54,698 nt of DNA from positions 83,834,498-83,889,195 of the forward strand of contig NC_068984.1 of assembly GCF_001194135.2 (NCBI RefSeq), given 5' to 3'. This DNA comes from Octopus bimaculoides. Its lineage: Eukaryota. The notes under the pieces were generated by a model that made no database searches, was not told the origin of the DNA, and was given only the letters and a program-made list of their open reading frames with translations. This document shows, one piece after another, positions 38,791-51,190 of the stretch (position 1 is the stretch's first letter; each line of letters starts with the position of its first letter). The translations under genes and the position numbers were made by a program.

Positions 38791-39149
38791 TGGTGGAGAG
38801 TAGTTTGGAGGGACAAAAGAAAAGAGTCTTAAATTGCAGGGGAAACAAAGCTATCTCGGGTGAGGAGAGAGAGATGTGACAAATTAGGGAGAGTGGACTG
38901 AGACATGGAGCGGCTAACTGGATGAGTACATTCACAAGATTGCAAAAAGATAATGGTAGATGGAGAAGAGGGGAATGTAATGCACAAGTTGAGGGAATGG
39001 ATATTAGAAGGATATGTTTTGGGGAAGAGATTCAATGGAGCCATACTGTATGCAGGTAGTTATGTGAGGGAGGGTGGAGGGGAATGCAGCTTGTGATGAG
39101 CATGGGTAGCGGAGGATTGTGTGAAGGGGAGGGGCATGGGCATAGATGA

Positions 39150-40680
39150 CATGCCTTTATGGCCTCAGTTTTACTAAACTGGCCTGGTCTTCTCAAGCAC
39201 AGCAAATTGTCTTTATCCTTTGTCAACTCTGTGAGGCTCAACATCTGAAGATCATTTCTCACCACTTCATTCCACATCTTCCTGGGTCTTCCTCTTCTAA
39301 AGGTTCCCTCCACATTTAGAGATCAGCACTTCATATGCAGCTGTCCTCATCCATATGCATCACATGACCATACAAGTGCAGCCTTCTCTCTTGTACACTA
39401 CACCTGATGCCTCTTATATCCAATTTTTCTCTTAAAACAGTTACATTTTGTTGTACATGCACACTTGCATTGCACATCCAGTGTAGTATACTAGCTTCAT
39501 TTCTTCCAAGTTTTCGCATGTCATCTGTAGTCACAGCCCCTGTTTCATTGCCATGTAGCATAGCTGTTCATACATATGCATCATACCATCTGCCTTCCAC
39601 TTTGAGGGAGAAGCCCTTTGTTACTAACAAAGGTAATAGCTCTCTGAACTTTGCCCAGCTGGTTTTTATTCTAGTAGCTACATTTTCAGAACAACTTCCT
39701 CCATTGCTAATTTGGTCACTTAGGTAAATATCTACTGCCTCTAAAAAATTTGTGGAAGTTTATGCCCGGTACATTTTTAGTGTTTATTGCACCTGCACAT
39801 CTGCCACACACAATGACAATTTTCTCTGTTAATGTTCCTGTGATTCCACTGCACATTTTATGTGCCCATAGCTTGCATGGGTACACCATATGGAATTTTT
39901 ATTTACACCTTTTCTAAATATTGAACAGAGTCATTTCTTTGAAGGCACTAGTAATTTCTCTGCTTTTCTTCTTAATAATACTTTAATCTTTGCCAATTTA
40001 ACCTTAAGGCCCTATGATTCTGGTCCTTCCTTCCACACCTGAAATTTCTTCTCTAATTCAAGTAGAGATTCAGCTATAAGAACAAGGTCATCAGCATAGA
40101 AGAGCTCCCAAAGTCAACTAGTCCTAAATTCCTCTCTTATGGCCTGGTGGCCTAGAGGACTATAATGAACACGAGGGAGCTGAGAACTGATCCTTAGTGA
40201 ACTCCTTGCACACTAAATTTGTTGCTATACTCATTGCCAGCTTTCGCTTTTCTAACAATATCCTTGTATGTGGCTTGGACAGCTTTCTCAGACACTCATC
40301 TACTATTAGGTTCTGCATTGACCATCAGATGAGAGAACAAGGGCTTTCTCCATATCAACAAATGCCCCATACAGCAGTTTATTTTTTGCTAAATGCTTTT
40401 CCTGTAGTTGTCTTACTTGAAAGGTAGCATCAGTAGTGCTTCTCCTTGGCACAAAACCAAATTGCATGTAATGTAAGTTAAGTTTCTTCCAAGCTAGTTG
40501 AGCTATGACCATTTCTGTAACTTTCATGACCTGGTCCAGTAATTTGATATCTCAGTAATTACTTCTGTCTATAGCATTACCTTTACCTTTGTAGCAGTTG
40601 CTACACCAGTCATAGGTTATAACCTCTTCCTGGACAACCTGATTAACTATATAGATGTCTAGGTCATGTCCCACTCCTCC
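39150..40680 (-). mobile_element. 5'-truncated RTE-clade LINE (reverse transcriptase remnant)
   Basis: QFGFVPRRSTTDATFQVRQLQEKHLAKNKLLYGAFVDMEKAL; WELFYADDLV (YADD at 40087-40098); MLHGNET..RNEASILHWMC; RRLHLYGHVMHMDEDSCI; GRPRKMWNEVVRNDL. Stops and frameshifts throughout. Confidence 0.93.
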
Positions 40681-42039
40681 AGATATTATATAGATATATA
40701 TATATCATCATTATCATCATCATCATCATCTATTCTACATCTGTCCATGGGTTGAATGAGTAATGGGGTACCTCATCTTGCTCGTGTTTCATTTATATTT
40801 GGTTTCTATTGCTAGATACCCATACATCAACAACTTTACAGTGTGAACTGGGTAGCTTTTTCATGTCACCAGAACTAGAAAAATATGTCCTCACAATTTT
40901 ACAGAGTATACTGGATGTATTTTCCTTGACACTAGCATTAGAAAGTTAGCCATGTCCTGGTTGCAATTAAAGTTGACCTCACTACACTATGTCTGCTCAT
41001 TTAGCTGCCTCTTTACAGAGTGAAAGGGGCATAAATGATATGATGAGAGAGAGAGAGAGATATGATGGTGTAATGAATTAGAGGAGCACTCATTTTTCTG
41101 AGATAGGTACAAATATTCAAGGCTGTATGACTGAGATGACAAGGAGGTGATGAAAGTCTGTGAACCAGGATATGTGAGAGAAAAAGGAATAAGAGTACAC
41201 TAGCAGACAGAGTAACACGGAGTGATGATAAGCAATACAGGAGGAGAGGATGCCGATAGAGTGAACTGGGCACAAGTGGCTCAGTGTAACCACCTATCCA
41301 TACACAGTGAGATGAGCTGAAGAATTTGAGTGAGGTGGGTGGTGGCATGATGAATGGAATGTTGGTAGGTCCTGTGCCAGTGAGTAATACAAAGGAGTAA
41401 TGGGGAGAGGATAGGAAGAGATGCAGTTGCATCCTGGCTGAAAGCAATGTACACTAAACAGAAGAGATCTACTGCTATCTTCAGTTGCACTAGAGCATCA
41501 TAGTACAGTGAAAACTGAGTAAAGGAGGGAGTGATTGAATGATGAGCAATGGGTATGGGTGAAAAAATACACTGATGAGAAACAGTAGATGAGCAATAAA
41601 GATCTGGGTAAAAGAATGCAATGTATAACAAACGGGAAATGAGCAATGAAGAGTGTGATACATGTCAAACAGAAGAGACAACCACTGCTATATTTAGTTT
41701 AACCAACTGCATAGATCAGTGTGATTGACAAGATGAAGTGAGAGATGAGAATAGATGCTTGGGTACATGATGCAAAGCCAGAGAGATAAAGGCATGGGTA
41801 AAAGGGACATGGTTGACAGTCATGTGGGCAATTGATAGGTGAGTGTTAGAAATGTGTAGTGCAAGGGACAAGAAATAGAGGGGCAAGTGATATGAGTGTT
41901 AAAGGGGTAAGAGGTTATCAGAGAGATCAATGATGTAGACTAGGCAGTACATAGATATGCATACATACATGCACACAGGTACAAGGATACACATGCCTAG
42001 TGATACATATCCACACACACGCTCATACAAAAGTTTGGT

Positions 42040-42310
42040 TTCAATGCTTCATGAGTGAATTTGGTAGACAGAAGTCATGTGGAAGCCTGTTGTATATATG
42101 AGCACATGTGAGAGTGTGTGTCCCCCACCACTGCTTGACAATCAATGTTGGTGTGTTTACATCCATGTAACTTAGCAGTTTGGCAAATAAGACTGATAGA
42201 ATAAATAAAAATTAAGTACTAGGGTAAGTTTATTTGACTACAGTCCTTCAAGGCAGTGGCCTAGCATGGCCAGTCCCATGAGTGAAACAAGTAGAAGATG
42301 AAGAAAATAT
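42040..42310 (+). mobile_element. SINE family B fragment
   Basis: gtgaatttggtagacagaagtcatgtggaagcctgttgtatatatg...taacttagcagtttggc...tccttcaaggcagtggcctagcatggcc; similar to 25150-25565. Confidence 0.7.
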
Positions 42311-42539
42311 AAATAAAAAAGTAAACACTTTGCTAAAGTGAGACCATGAAGAACAGTATCTAAAACTTAGCTTACTTGAAACTGCTGCCATTCCTTGACA
42401 CTTACATGCAGTAATGTTCATGCAGATGACATTATTGTTCCATCATTGTCAAATGTGATAGTTTAGCTAAGCAGAAATTTAAGCTCATCTCTGAGCCATT
42501 TAGTCTCTAAATATGTATAACTGAGCTTGATCTGGACTC

Positions 42540-42780
42540 AAATAACAATAGCAATAACCACAACATTATCATTATCAACAACACCACCACCACCCTCAAC
42601 AACACTTCCACTGACCACTATCATCAACCATCACCACTACAATCAAAATCACTACCACCATTAACCATCACAATCACCACCAATGACATTATTACTATTA
42701 GAAACACTACCACCATCACTGTCATCATCATCAACAACACCAACACTGTTACCAACAACAAGCAAAGTACTAACAAAAGA
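42540..42780. repeat. Degenerate (CAT/CAC/CAA)n trinucleotide tract
   Basis: Read directly; a similar tract lies at 52380-52620. Confidence 0.85.
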
Positions 42781-43590
42781 GCCTCCGCATGATCGATTAA
42801 CCTGCTAGAAATAACTGCCAAACATCTATCAAATCACACCACACAGTCTTAATTAAAAAAAACCCTATTGGACAAAAAGACTCTGGGTTCCCTGTACACA
42901 GGGAGAAGAACACAAAAATAAAATTGTGGTTAGAATGCCTTTGATTATTGATCTGTCTGATCAGGGTTGACATGGGCCAAACAACATCAATGACACAACT
43001 ACCACTACCAACAACAACAACAACAACAGCAACAACAACAAGACACAGCTGCTTGCCCTCAAAAATATTAGCCAAATTTCCCTCAGATGACACATTACTA
43101 TCTTATATAATGTAGTGCTTAATATACAAAAAGTCAGGATGGTCATGGCTGGTAATCTTTGATCATAACTATACTCAATCTGAGCAGACTTGAGGTTAAA
43201 CAACAACAACTTTGTTCACACCCCTTTACATGGTGCATAATTCAGAAGAAATAACTGCCAAACCTTCTTCAAATCACAGCCTACCAAGGGTATACATATT
43301 GGATAATATGATCCTAAATACACTATATTTGAAAAGAAATGAGATGGTCAAAGCTGGATTGCTTTTTGACAACGACAGTAGATCTACTTGATCAGAGCTA
43401 ATCTGAACCTCCGCATCTCATTCTTCAGCCATGATACTTCAAAAGATCTAATTGAACATTATTATTTACCGTTAATTTCGTATGTGTAACATTCATGCCT
43501 TTCTCAAGGATTTTAACTGGTATTAACAAAGTTTTATAAGTTCAACTCTGTACCAAATAATATGAATGGCTGCTGTTGTTTAATTCAAGG

Positions 43591-44137
43591 CAGCAGCCCC
43601 CAACCTTTCATTGCACCATGGACTGGTTTAATACAAGACAATTTTGTCTAGGGATCTGGAGATCATGCAGGTAACAAATCACAATAAAGTCCATAATATA
43701 TAATTTAATTACTACAACTGATATTGATGCTGGTGTCACATAAAAAAGCACTGGTACTAGTGCCACATAAAAAGCACTGCTGCTGGTGCCATATGAAAGG
43801 CACTGGTGCTGGTGCCTCATAAAAAACAACCAGTACACTCGGTGAAGTGGTTGGCTTTTGAAGGGCATCCAGATGTGGAAACCATGCAAGAACAGATAGT
43901 GGAGCCTGGTGTAGCCCCTGGGCTTACCATCTCTGGTCAAACCGTCCAACCCATGCTAGTACAGAAAATGGACATTAAATGCTACTGATGATGATGATGA
44001 TATATAATACATACATAATGCAAAAATACCCTGCTATCTGCAATAGTCAATGATATAGAAATAAAAATTTTTTAATTTATTCTTTCTGTGTGGCCTGGAA
44101 CCAAATGATCCATGGCCCAATGTTTGGAAAATCCTCA
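43591..44137. mobile_element. hAT/Charlie-type MITE interrupted by a family A SINE (43727-44002)
   Basis: Left end cagcagcccccaacctttcattgcaccatggactgg resembles the CAGCGGTCCCCAACCTTTT MITE end; right end gtggcctggaaccaaatgatccatggccc..gtttggaaaatcctc. The SINE with a (GAT)n tail lies between them. Confidence 0.65.
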
Positions 44138-44899
44138 TCTGAGGTATCTGTGATCACATGTTCCACTCTTGACTATCCTGTCTCTTTATATTCTAGAACT
44201 ACATTATGTAATGTTTCCTTCCTTTTATAAAAAAAAAAAGTAGCATGTGATATGACTGGTATATCTACCAGGTCAAAAGATGACATTGAGGACTCCTCAA
44301 ATACTATGAATGTATTGGAGACATACTTCTATATTGACAGTTACAGCCACTATTATTTGTGAATTAAGCAAAGCTATATTTCGTGTAGTGCTAAGGAAAA
44401 AAATTGTTTGGTGTACAAGGGTTTAAACAAAATATGGGTCAAACACTGTATGCTATCACACAACAGAAATATATGGATAAAAACATTAGTCTGTATAAAA
44501 TGAAAATGTATACTATTTTTTTAGAGATTAGTTTCTTTATTAGTATTTTCAGGTTTTATTTACTTAGATTTAATTTTTTTTTAATTCTACTGCAAAAAAG
44601 ATTATGATATGGAATTCAAGAATATAATTTGGTAACTTAAGAAAACTAAACAAAAAGGAAAAGAAAATGAGAAAAATAAAGCTGAAAGAGAAAAAAAGAA
44701 AATGTTTAAAAAAAAATTTGAAAAAAGAAAATAATAAAAAGGGAAAGAAAATAAGAAAAACAAAACAAAGAGAACAGAAAGAAAAAAAACAAAATGCAAA
44801 AGTAAAAATGATTTTATCAACTTTTTACAGCTTTTGAGTGATTTTACTTTTCAAAACAAGCTTAATATGATTTATCACTTGAATTAGTATATTTATATT

Positions 44900-44940
44900 T
44901 ACACATGCTCTCTCTCTCCCCTTCTCTCTCTTCCTCTCTC

Positions 44941-44989
<49 letters not shown>

Positions 44990-45420
44990 GCTCTCTCTCC
45001 CCTTCCTCTCTCTCCTTCCTNNNNNNNNNNCCCTAACTTCCTCTCACTGTGTTTCTTTCTCTCCCTCTCACTCTCTCTCTCTCTCTCCCCTTCCTCTCTC
45101 TCCCCTTCCTTCTTTCTCTTTCTCCCGCTTCCTTTTTCTTTCTCCCTAACTTCCTCTCACTGTATTTCTTTCTCTCTCTCTCTCTTTCTCTCATGCTTTC
45201 TCTCCTTCCTCTCTCTTTCTCCCTCTCTTTCTTTCTCCCTCACTTCTTCTCTCTCTTTCTCTATGCCTCTCCACCCTAATCTATTGCTCCTTTCCTGCCC
45301 TCTTTTCACTCACAATCCATACTCATTCCTTGTCATTAATTTTTTCCCTGTCCCTGTTCCCTGCCATACTCCGCTAGCCTCCCTTCTTACCATTCCTTTA
45401 TCCCACCTGCTCTCTCTCCT
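44900..45420 (+). repeat. (CT)n/(CA)n microsatellite and CT-rich tract
   Basis: Read directly; contains a 10-nt gap at 45021-45030. Confidence 0.9.
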
Positions 45421-45643
45421 TTAGGGTCTTAGCCTTACAGGTTACAAAATGATCATCACTGGTGTTGTTGCCATAAAAAAAAAGCACCCAGTAAAGTTGT
45501 TAGCATTTAGGAAGGTCATCTTCCCATAGAAACCCAGCCAAAGAAGGCATTGGTGCATAATGCAATCTTCATGGCTTGTCGGACCCTGTCAAACTATCTA
45601 ACCCGTGCTAACATGGAATCTGTATGCTGAGTGATGATGATGA

Positions 45644-45691
<48 letters not shown>

Positions 45692-45892
45692 CCTTGCACA
45701 GCAGCCATCCAGACTCCCGTTTGCACTGTGGGCAGGGATTAATCTTCTCTCTTCACTCCTTTGCACCATATGGGCTCAACTCTCCTCCCCTTGCCTCTCT
45801 CACCTCTCTCCCCTCCACCTCTACCCCCACCCCANNNNNNNNNNNNNNNNNNNNNNNNNNNNNNNNNNNNNNNNNNNNNNNNNNNNNNNNNN

Positions 45893-46350
45893 TGTGCTTT
45901 ACCCCACTCTCGCCTCCCCCACCTCCCAACACCATCACACCACACCACGCTACATCATACCACACAACACACCACTACGCACACACCAGCACTGACCAAT
46001 TCCTATCCCCACATTTTCACACCTTCACACCTACATACACACACGCATACGTTAAGATCACCAGCATTCTCTCACACACACACGCACCTTCGTTTTGGGA
46101 TCACTACTACTTTGTTATCTCCCCTTCTTCTTAACTCACCCGTGTGACCCTTCTGTCTGGCATTCGCCATGATAGATTGCTGACCACTACACACATTTCT
46201 TTCTTTCCTTGTTTCTTTCCGTGTTCCTTTCTGTAGAAGAGTGTAGGCTCGAAACGTTAAAGACTTTCTCAATTCCTGAGCGTTATACTTAAACATCTAT
46301 TTGTTTTCAACACCACCTGTCTTCGTCTGTTGTTCTTTTGTGAATTCTCC
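45893..46350 (+). mobile_element. Probable Penelope-like element terminal repeat carrying a hammerhead-like motif
   Basis: CA-rich tract followed by ctgtagaagagtgtaggctcgaaacgttaaagac and a TA run. The family call is inferred from the ribozyme-like motif; no RT or GIY-YIG ORF is visible. Confidence 0.5.
46227..46262 (+). ncRNA. Minimal type I hammerhead-ribozyme-like motif with variant core
   Basis: Stem I cttt/aaag; core CUGUAGA (A6 to U); extra A; stem II gagt/gctc with GTAG loop; GAAA; palindromic helix III ACGU; H17=U. Confidence 0.5.
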
Positions 46351-46566
46351 CTATATATATATATATATATATAATTTATGTATATATTAATATTATCTCG
46401 GTTTAAAAAAACCCTTGACAATGTAAATATGTTAATAGTTACCATGGGTAGCAAAAATCACAAAAAAAAACAGGATATCACACCCGTTTTATAGGTAGAG
46501 ATACTAAGTTAAAGTGATGCATTTTGAGTGGATATGTATATATATGTATATATATATGTATATATA

Positions 46567-46990
46567 TCATCATCATCATCATTTAACGTCCGCTTTCCAT
46601 GCTAGCATGAGTTGGACGATTTGACTGAGGACTGGTGAACCAGATGGCTGCACCGGGCTCCAATCTGATTTGGCAAAGTTTCTACAGCTGGATGTCCTTC
46701 CTAACGCCAACCACTCTGAGAGTGTAGTGGGTGCTTTTACGTGCCACCCACACGAAGGCCAGTCAGGAGGTACTGGCAACAGCTACGCTCAAATGGTGCT
46801 ATTTACATTCCACCGGCACGGAAGCCAGACAGCTGGTGCTCTGACAATGATCACGCTCGGACAGTGCTCTTAGTGATCTACTGGTACAGGTGCCATCAGG
46901 ATTTCGCTTTCGCTTGGCCCAACAGGTCTTCACCAGCCGAGTTTAGTACTCAATGAAGAGATGTTGGCATGGGTGCCAGTCTACAAATTT
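46567..46990 (-). mobile_element. SINE-like family A copy, relatively young
   Basis: catcatcatttaacgtccgctttccatgctagcat...tttctacagctggatgtccttcctaacgccaacc; CpGs largely retained. Confidence 0.88.
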
Positions 46991-47507
46991 AGTTCGATTT
47001 AGTCTATCTTGCTAGTTAGCCTTCCTTTTATTATCATTTTATTATTTTTATCTTATGATATTTACTTTGTATTATATTATACTCATTTATTGTGCTTTTA
47101 ATTATTAATTTTTCTATATGTGACAGTGGATTTTCATCAATGGGTTCATGAACCTTGGTTCTTTTCCCTAAAACTATATTATANNNNNNNNNNNNNNNNN
47201 NNNNNNNNNNNNNNNNNNNNNNNNNNNNNNNNNNNNNNNNNNNNNNNNNNNNNNNNNNNNNNNNNNNNNNNNNNNNNNNNNNNNNNNNNNNNNNNNNNNN
47301 NNNNNNNNNNNNNNNNNNNNNNNNNNNNNNNNNNNNNNNNNNNNNNNNNNNNNNNNNNNNNNNNNNNNNNNNNNNNNNNNNNNNNNNNNNNNNNNNNNNN
47401 NNNNNNNNNNNNNNNNNNNNNNNNNNNNNNNNNNNNNNNNNNNNNNNNNNNNNNNNNNNNNNNNNNNNNNNNNNNNNNNNNNNNNNNNNNNNNNNNNNNN
47501 NNNNNNN

Positions 47508-48588
47508 TTCTTGTAGTGATGATAGTGGAAGATATTGACTCCTTACTTGTTTTTCAAAAATGCACCATAAATGTTCAATAATATTGAAATCTGGGGACTG
47601 TGGTGGCCAGATAAGATGTTCAACTTCACTAGAATATTCCTCGTGCCATTCAGTAACAACTTTAGCTGTGTGAATTGGTGCATTATCATCCTGAAAGATT
47701 GTGTTTTCCTCCAGAAACAGTTCTGTAACCATAGGATGAATTTGATCAGATAAAATGCTTCAATTGTCTTAACTATTAATTCTGCCATGAAGGGAAACCA
47801 TTGAGCTGGTGGATTTCCAAGATATAGCCCCCCACCCACTGATCATCACAGATCCTCCTCTATATTTAACAGTTGGAAGAAGGCAGTCTGAGTCAAATGT
47901 TTCTTTTGCTTGTCTCCACACGTATACTCACCTAGTGGTCGGAAATAAGGTAAAGGATGACTTGTCTGAGAAAATAATATTCTTCAACTGCTCTAGAGAC
48001 CAATTCTGTAGGTTTTTACTCTGCTCTAAATGCTTTGTAATGTTTGTTTTTGAAAGTTGTAGTTTTCTGATTGTAGCCCTCCCGTGAAATCCGGCTTTGT
48101 ACAGCTTCAGGCGAACGGTCATTAAGCTCTGTACTAATTTTGGGAGCTGTACTTTTGTGATCCTTGATCCTTTATAAAAATTTGCGTAAGAGTCCGACGG
48201 TCCCTATCTGAAAGTTTTGGTTTTCTTCTGGAGTTTTGTTTCAATGAGGAGGTATTTCCCTCTTTCTCTAAGGCTGTCATTACTTTTGAGACAGTACTTC
48301 TTGATACACCAAACATTTTGGCTGTTTTCGTTATTCTAGTACCTGCCATATGAGCACCAATAATTTGACCTCTTTGAAATTCCGATAGATCTGTCATTTT
48401 AATGAATTTTAATTACCTTTTTCTGATGATATCTGAAAAGAAACAGCAATTTTAGCAAAACATATTAAGCAAAACTAATATTAAATCAAAAAGCATAAAA
48501 ATAAACAAGTTTTTGACGTTTTAGTAGATATTTCAAAATTATGATGCTATGATGGTAGGTGATACCATTATTCTGTCCAAACCCTGTA
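47508..48588 (-). mobile_element. Tc1 (DD34E) transposon, frameshifted; 3' end lost in a gap
   Basis: TA plus CAGGGTTTGGACAGAATAATGG end at 48586. MTDLSEFQRGQIIGA...FGVSRSTVSKV (paired-like HTH); IIFSDKSSF; FQDDNAPIHTA; WPPQSPDFNIIEHLW. Confidence 0.96.
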
Positions 48589-48881
48589 TATATGTGTGTG
48601 TGTGTATGTATGTATANNNNNNNNNNNNNNNNNNNNNNNNNNNNNNNNNNNNNNNNNNNNNNNNNNNNNNNNNNNNNNNNNNNNNNNNNNNNNNNNNNNN
48701 NNNNNNNNNNNNNNNNATGGAAAGCGGACGTTAAACGACGACGACGATATATATATATATATATATGAGTCAAATGGCTCGAGAACAACAGTAAATCACT
48801 TATATACACATTGGCGAATTCGAAGAAAATGAGTATATAAAAAGCCATCTTACCTATAGCGAGTCAAAATCACAAATGAGT

Positions 48882-49028
48882 TGCAGACATAGTCATATCA
48901 CATGATTTTGGACCTTGTGATAAACACTTAGTCTTCGTCAGTGAGTATTACTTCACCAGTAATACTCACTGATGAAGACTAAGTGTTTATCACAGAGTCC
49001 AAAATCACATGATGTGAGTACGTCTGCA
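48882..49028. repeat. Long inverted repeat: 71-nt arms, 5-nt loop, each arm containing a hammerhead-like unit
   Basis: Arm 48882-48952 is the reverse complement of 48958-49028. The inner ~50 bp has one mismatch and two G-U positions; the outer ~21 bp has about five differences. Confidence 0.95.
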
Positions 49029-50686
49029 CAGATACAGACAGTGTGTCGTTAGCCAGCTGGAGGAGATGTCCTCCTGGGGCTAAAAAACAACAGTAGCATC
49101 GTCCTCCATGGGACCACCACATCTAGTTGGCAATTATATTTTACGATATATATATATATATATATATATATANNNNNNNNNNNNNNNNNNNNNNNNNNNN
49201 NNNNNNNNNNNNNNNNNNNNNNNNNNNNNNNNNNNNNNNNNNNNNNNNNNNNNNNNNNNNNNNNNNNNNNNNNNNNNNNNNNNNNNNNNNNNNNNNNNNN
49301 NNNNNNNNNNNNNNNNNNNNNNNNNNNNNNNNNNNNNNNNNNNNNNNNNNNNNNNNNNNNNNNNNNNNNNNNNNNNNNNNNNNNNNNNNNNNNNNNNNNN
49401 NNNNNNNNNNNNNNNNNNNNNNNNNNNNNNNNNNNNNNNNNNNNNNNNNNNNNNNNNNNNNNNNNNNNNNNNNNNNNNNNNNNNNNNNNNNNNNNNNNNN
49501 NNNNNNNNNNNNNNNNNNNNNNNNNNNNNNNNNNNNNNNNNNNNNNNNNNNNNNNNNNNNNNNNNNNNNNNNNNNNNNNNNNNNNNNNNNNNNNNNNNNN
49601 NNNNNNNNNNNNNNNNNNNNNNNNNNNNNNNNNNNNNNNNNNNNNNNNNNNNNNNNNNNNNNNNNNNNNNNNNNNNNNNNNNNNNNNNNNNNNNNNNNNN
49701 NNNNNNNNNNNNNNNNNNNNNNNNNNNNNNNNNNNNNNNNNNNNNNNNNNNNNNNNNNNNNNNNNNNNNNNNNNNNNNNNNNNNNNNNNNNNNNNNNNNN
49801 NNNNNNNNNNNNNNNNNNNNNNNNNNNNNNGTGTGTGTGTGTGTGTGTGTGAAATGAGTATGAAAGTTTCAGTTTTTGAGTTTAGGAAACTACCCGGATC
49901 CCATGGGTGATGATGATGATGAGTCTTCTCTCCATCAAGCAGAGCCTGCATCTTCTGCTTCCATTCTGATATGTCCTAAAACATTCCAGCAACCTACAGT
50001 TGATGTTTTAAGGTGTTACTTCTTTTAATTGCTATATATAGCTGGCTAAAATTGTAACATTGTCTTTCCTGGCTTCTAAAAGAGGATCTATAATTATTTA
50101 TCTTGGTCTTAAAGGGGTCTGCTGTTGCTCCAAAATATTTCTGTATATGTATTGCTCCAGTGACATTGACCAACACTATTTCAGCTACATAGGGCTTCTG
50201 TGTTGCATTGACCATTCACTGGACACACAGTATAAAGCCTATATGAACCTCCTGTGTCTGTCCACTAGTTTGGGATACAACCGAATATTTCTTTACCTCT
50301 AGGTGCACAGCTGAACAAGACCCTTAAGTTACAGCTATTGAAAATTTTCTATATCTAGGGCCATGTGTAAAATGTTTATCCACTAATTTGAGGAAGGTCC
50401 TTCTCATGCAGATTTTCATGTTGAGAGTGAGAATGAGTGGGGAGAAAACCAAAGGATATTTCAGTGGTGCTTTGTCTTGTGGGCATTAGAACTGGAAATA
50501 TAATTGATGTCTTTAAATCAGAACCTTGTTGTAATTGGTGGATGCTGCTTAGAAGACATGTTATTGGAGGATAGGTATGAGACTCATATTGATACCCTTT
50601 ATAATGTTTTTAAACACTGTAGATGGTTAGTGTTAAGCTGTGCTAATGTTTGAACACCTTCCATATGGTTCGTGGTAGGAACTCAT

Positions 50687-50907
50687 CATCATCATCATCG
50701 TTTAACGTCCACTTTCCATGCTAGCATGGGTTGGACGATTTGACTGAGGACTGGTGAAAACCAGATGGCTACACCAGGCTCCAATCTGATTTGGCAGAGT
50801 TTCTACAGCTGGATGCCCTTCCTAACGCCAACCATTCAGAGAGTGTAGTGGGTGCTTTTACGTGTCACCCACACGAAGGCCAGTCAGGCGGTACTGGCAA
50901 CGGCCTG
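50687..50907 (-). mobile_element. SINE-like family A 3' fragment
   Basis: catcatcatcgtttaacgtccactttccatgctagcatgggttggacg...gccagtcaggcggtactggcaacggc; nearly identical to 46567-46790. Confidence 0.88.
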
Positions 50908-50961
50908 TAATAAAATATTACTCCACCATAGATAATGTGACTCAAAGGTCAAGAGCAATGT

Positions 50962-51190
50962 TTTTGCAGCCGTTTTTTGTCTATGAATCCCTTTGATTCT
51001 TATTTTTATTCTTTGGAACCCCATAGACATTTGATGTTAAAAAAAATTCCATTATATTTCTATAATTAAATATTATTAGGAATTGTATTCAAATAGATAA
51101 AATATTTTGTGTATTGTAGAAGAACAACCAATTTATTGCACATAAACTTTAGCGATAAAATCTTCTATGGACCCCAGTTGAGGACCATTA
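50962..51190. mobile_element. Possible decayed hAT-type MITE
   Basis: gcaatgtttttgcagccgttttttgtctatgaatcccttt ... ctatggaccccagttgaggacc resembles CAGTGGTTCTCAACC / GGTTGAGAACC-type ends. Confidence 0.4.

Noticed and set aside
41013-41681. Overlapping minus-strand ORFs of 63-144 aa
   Set aside because: GA-rich biased sequence next to the RTE remnant; no protein motifs.
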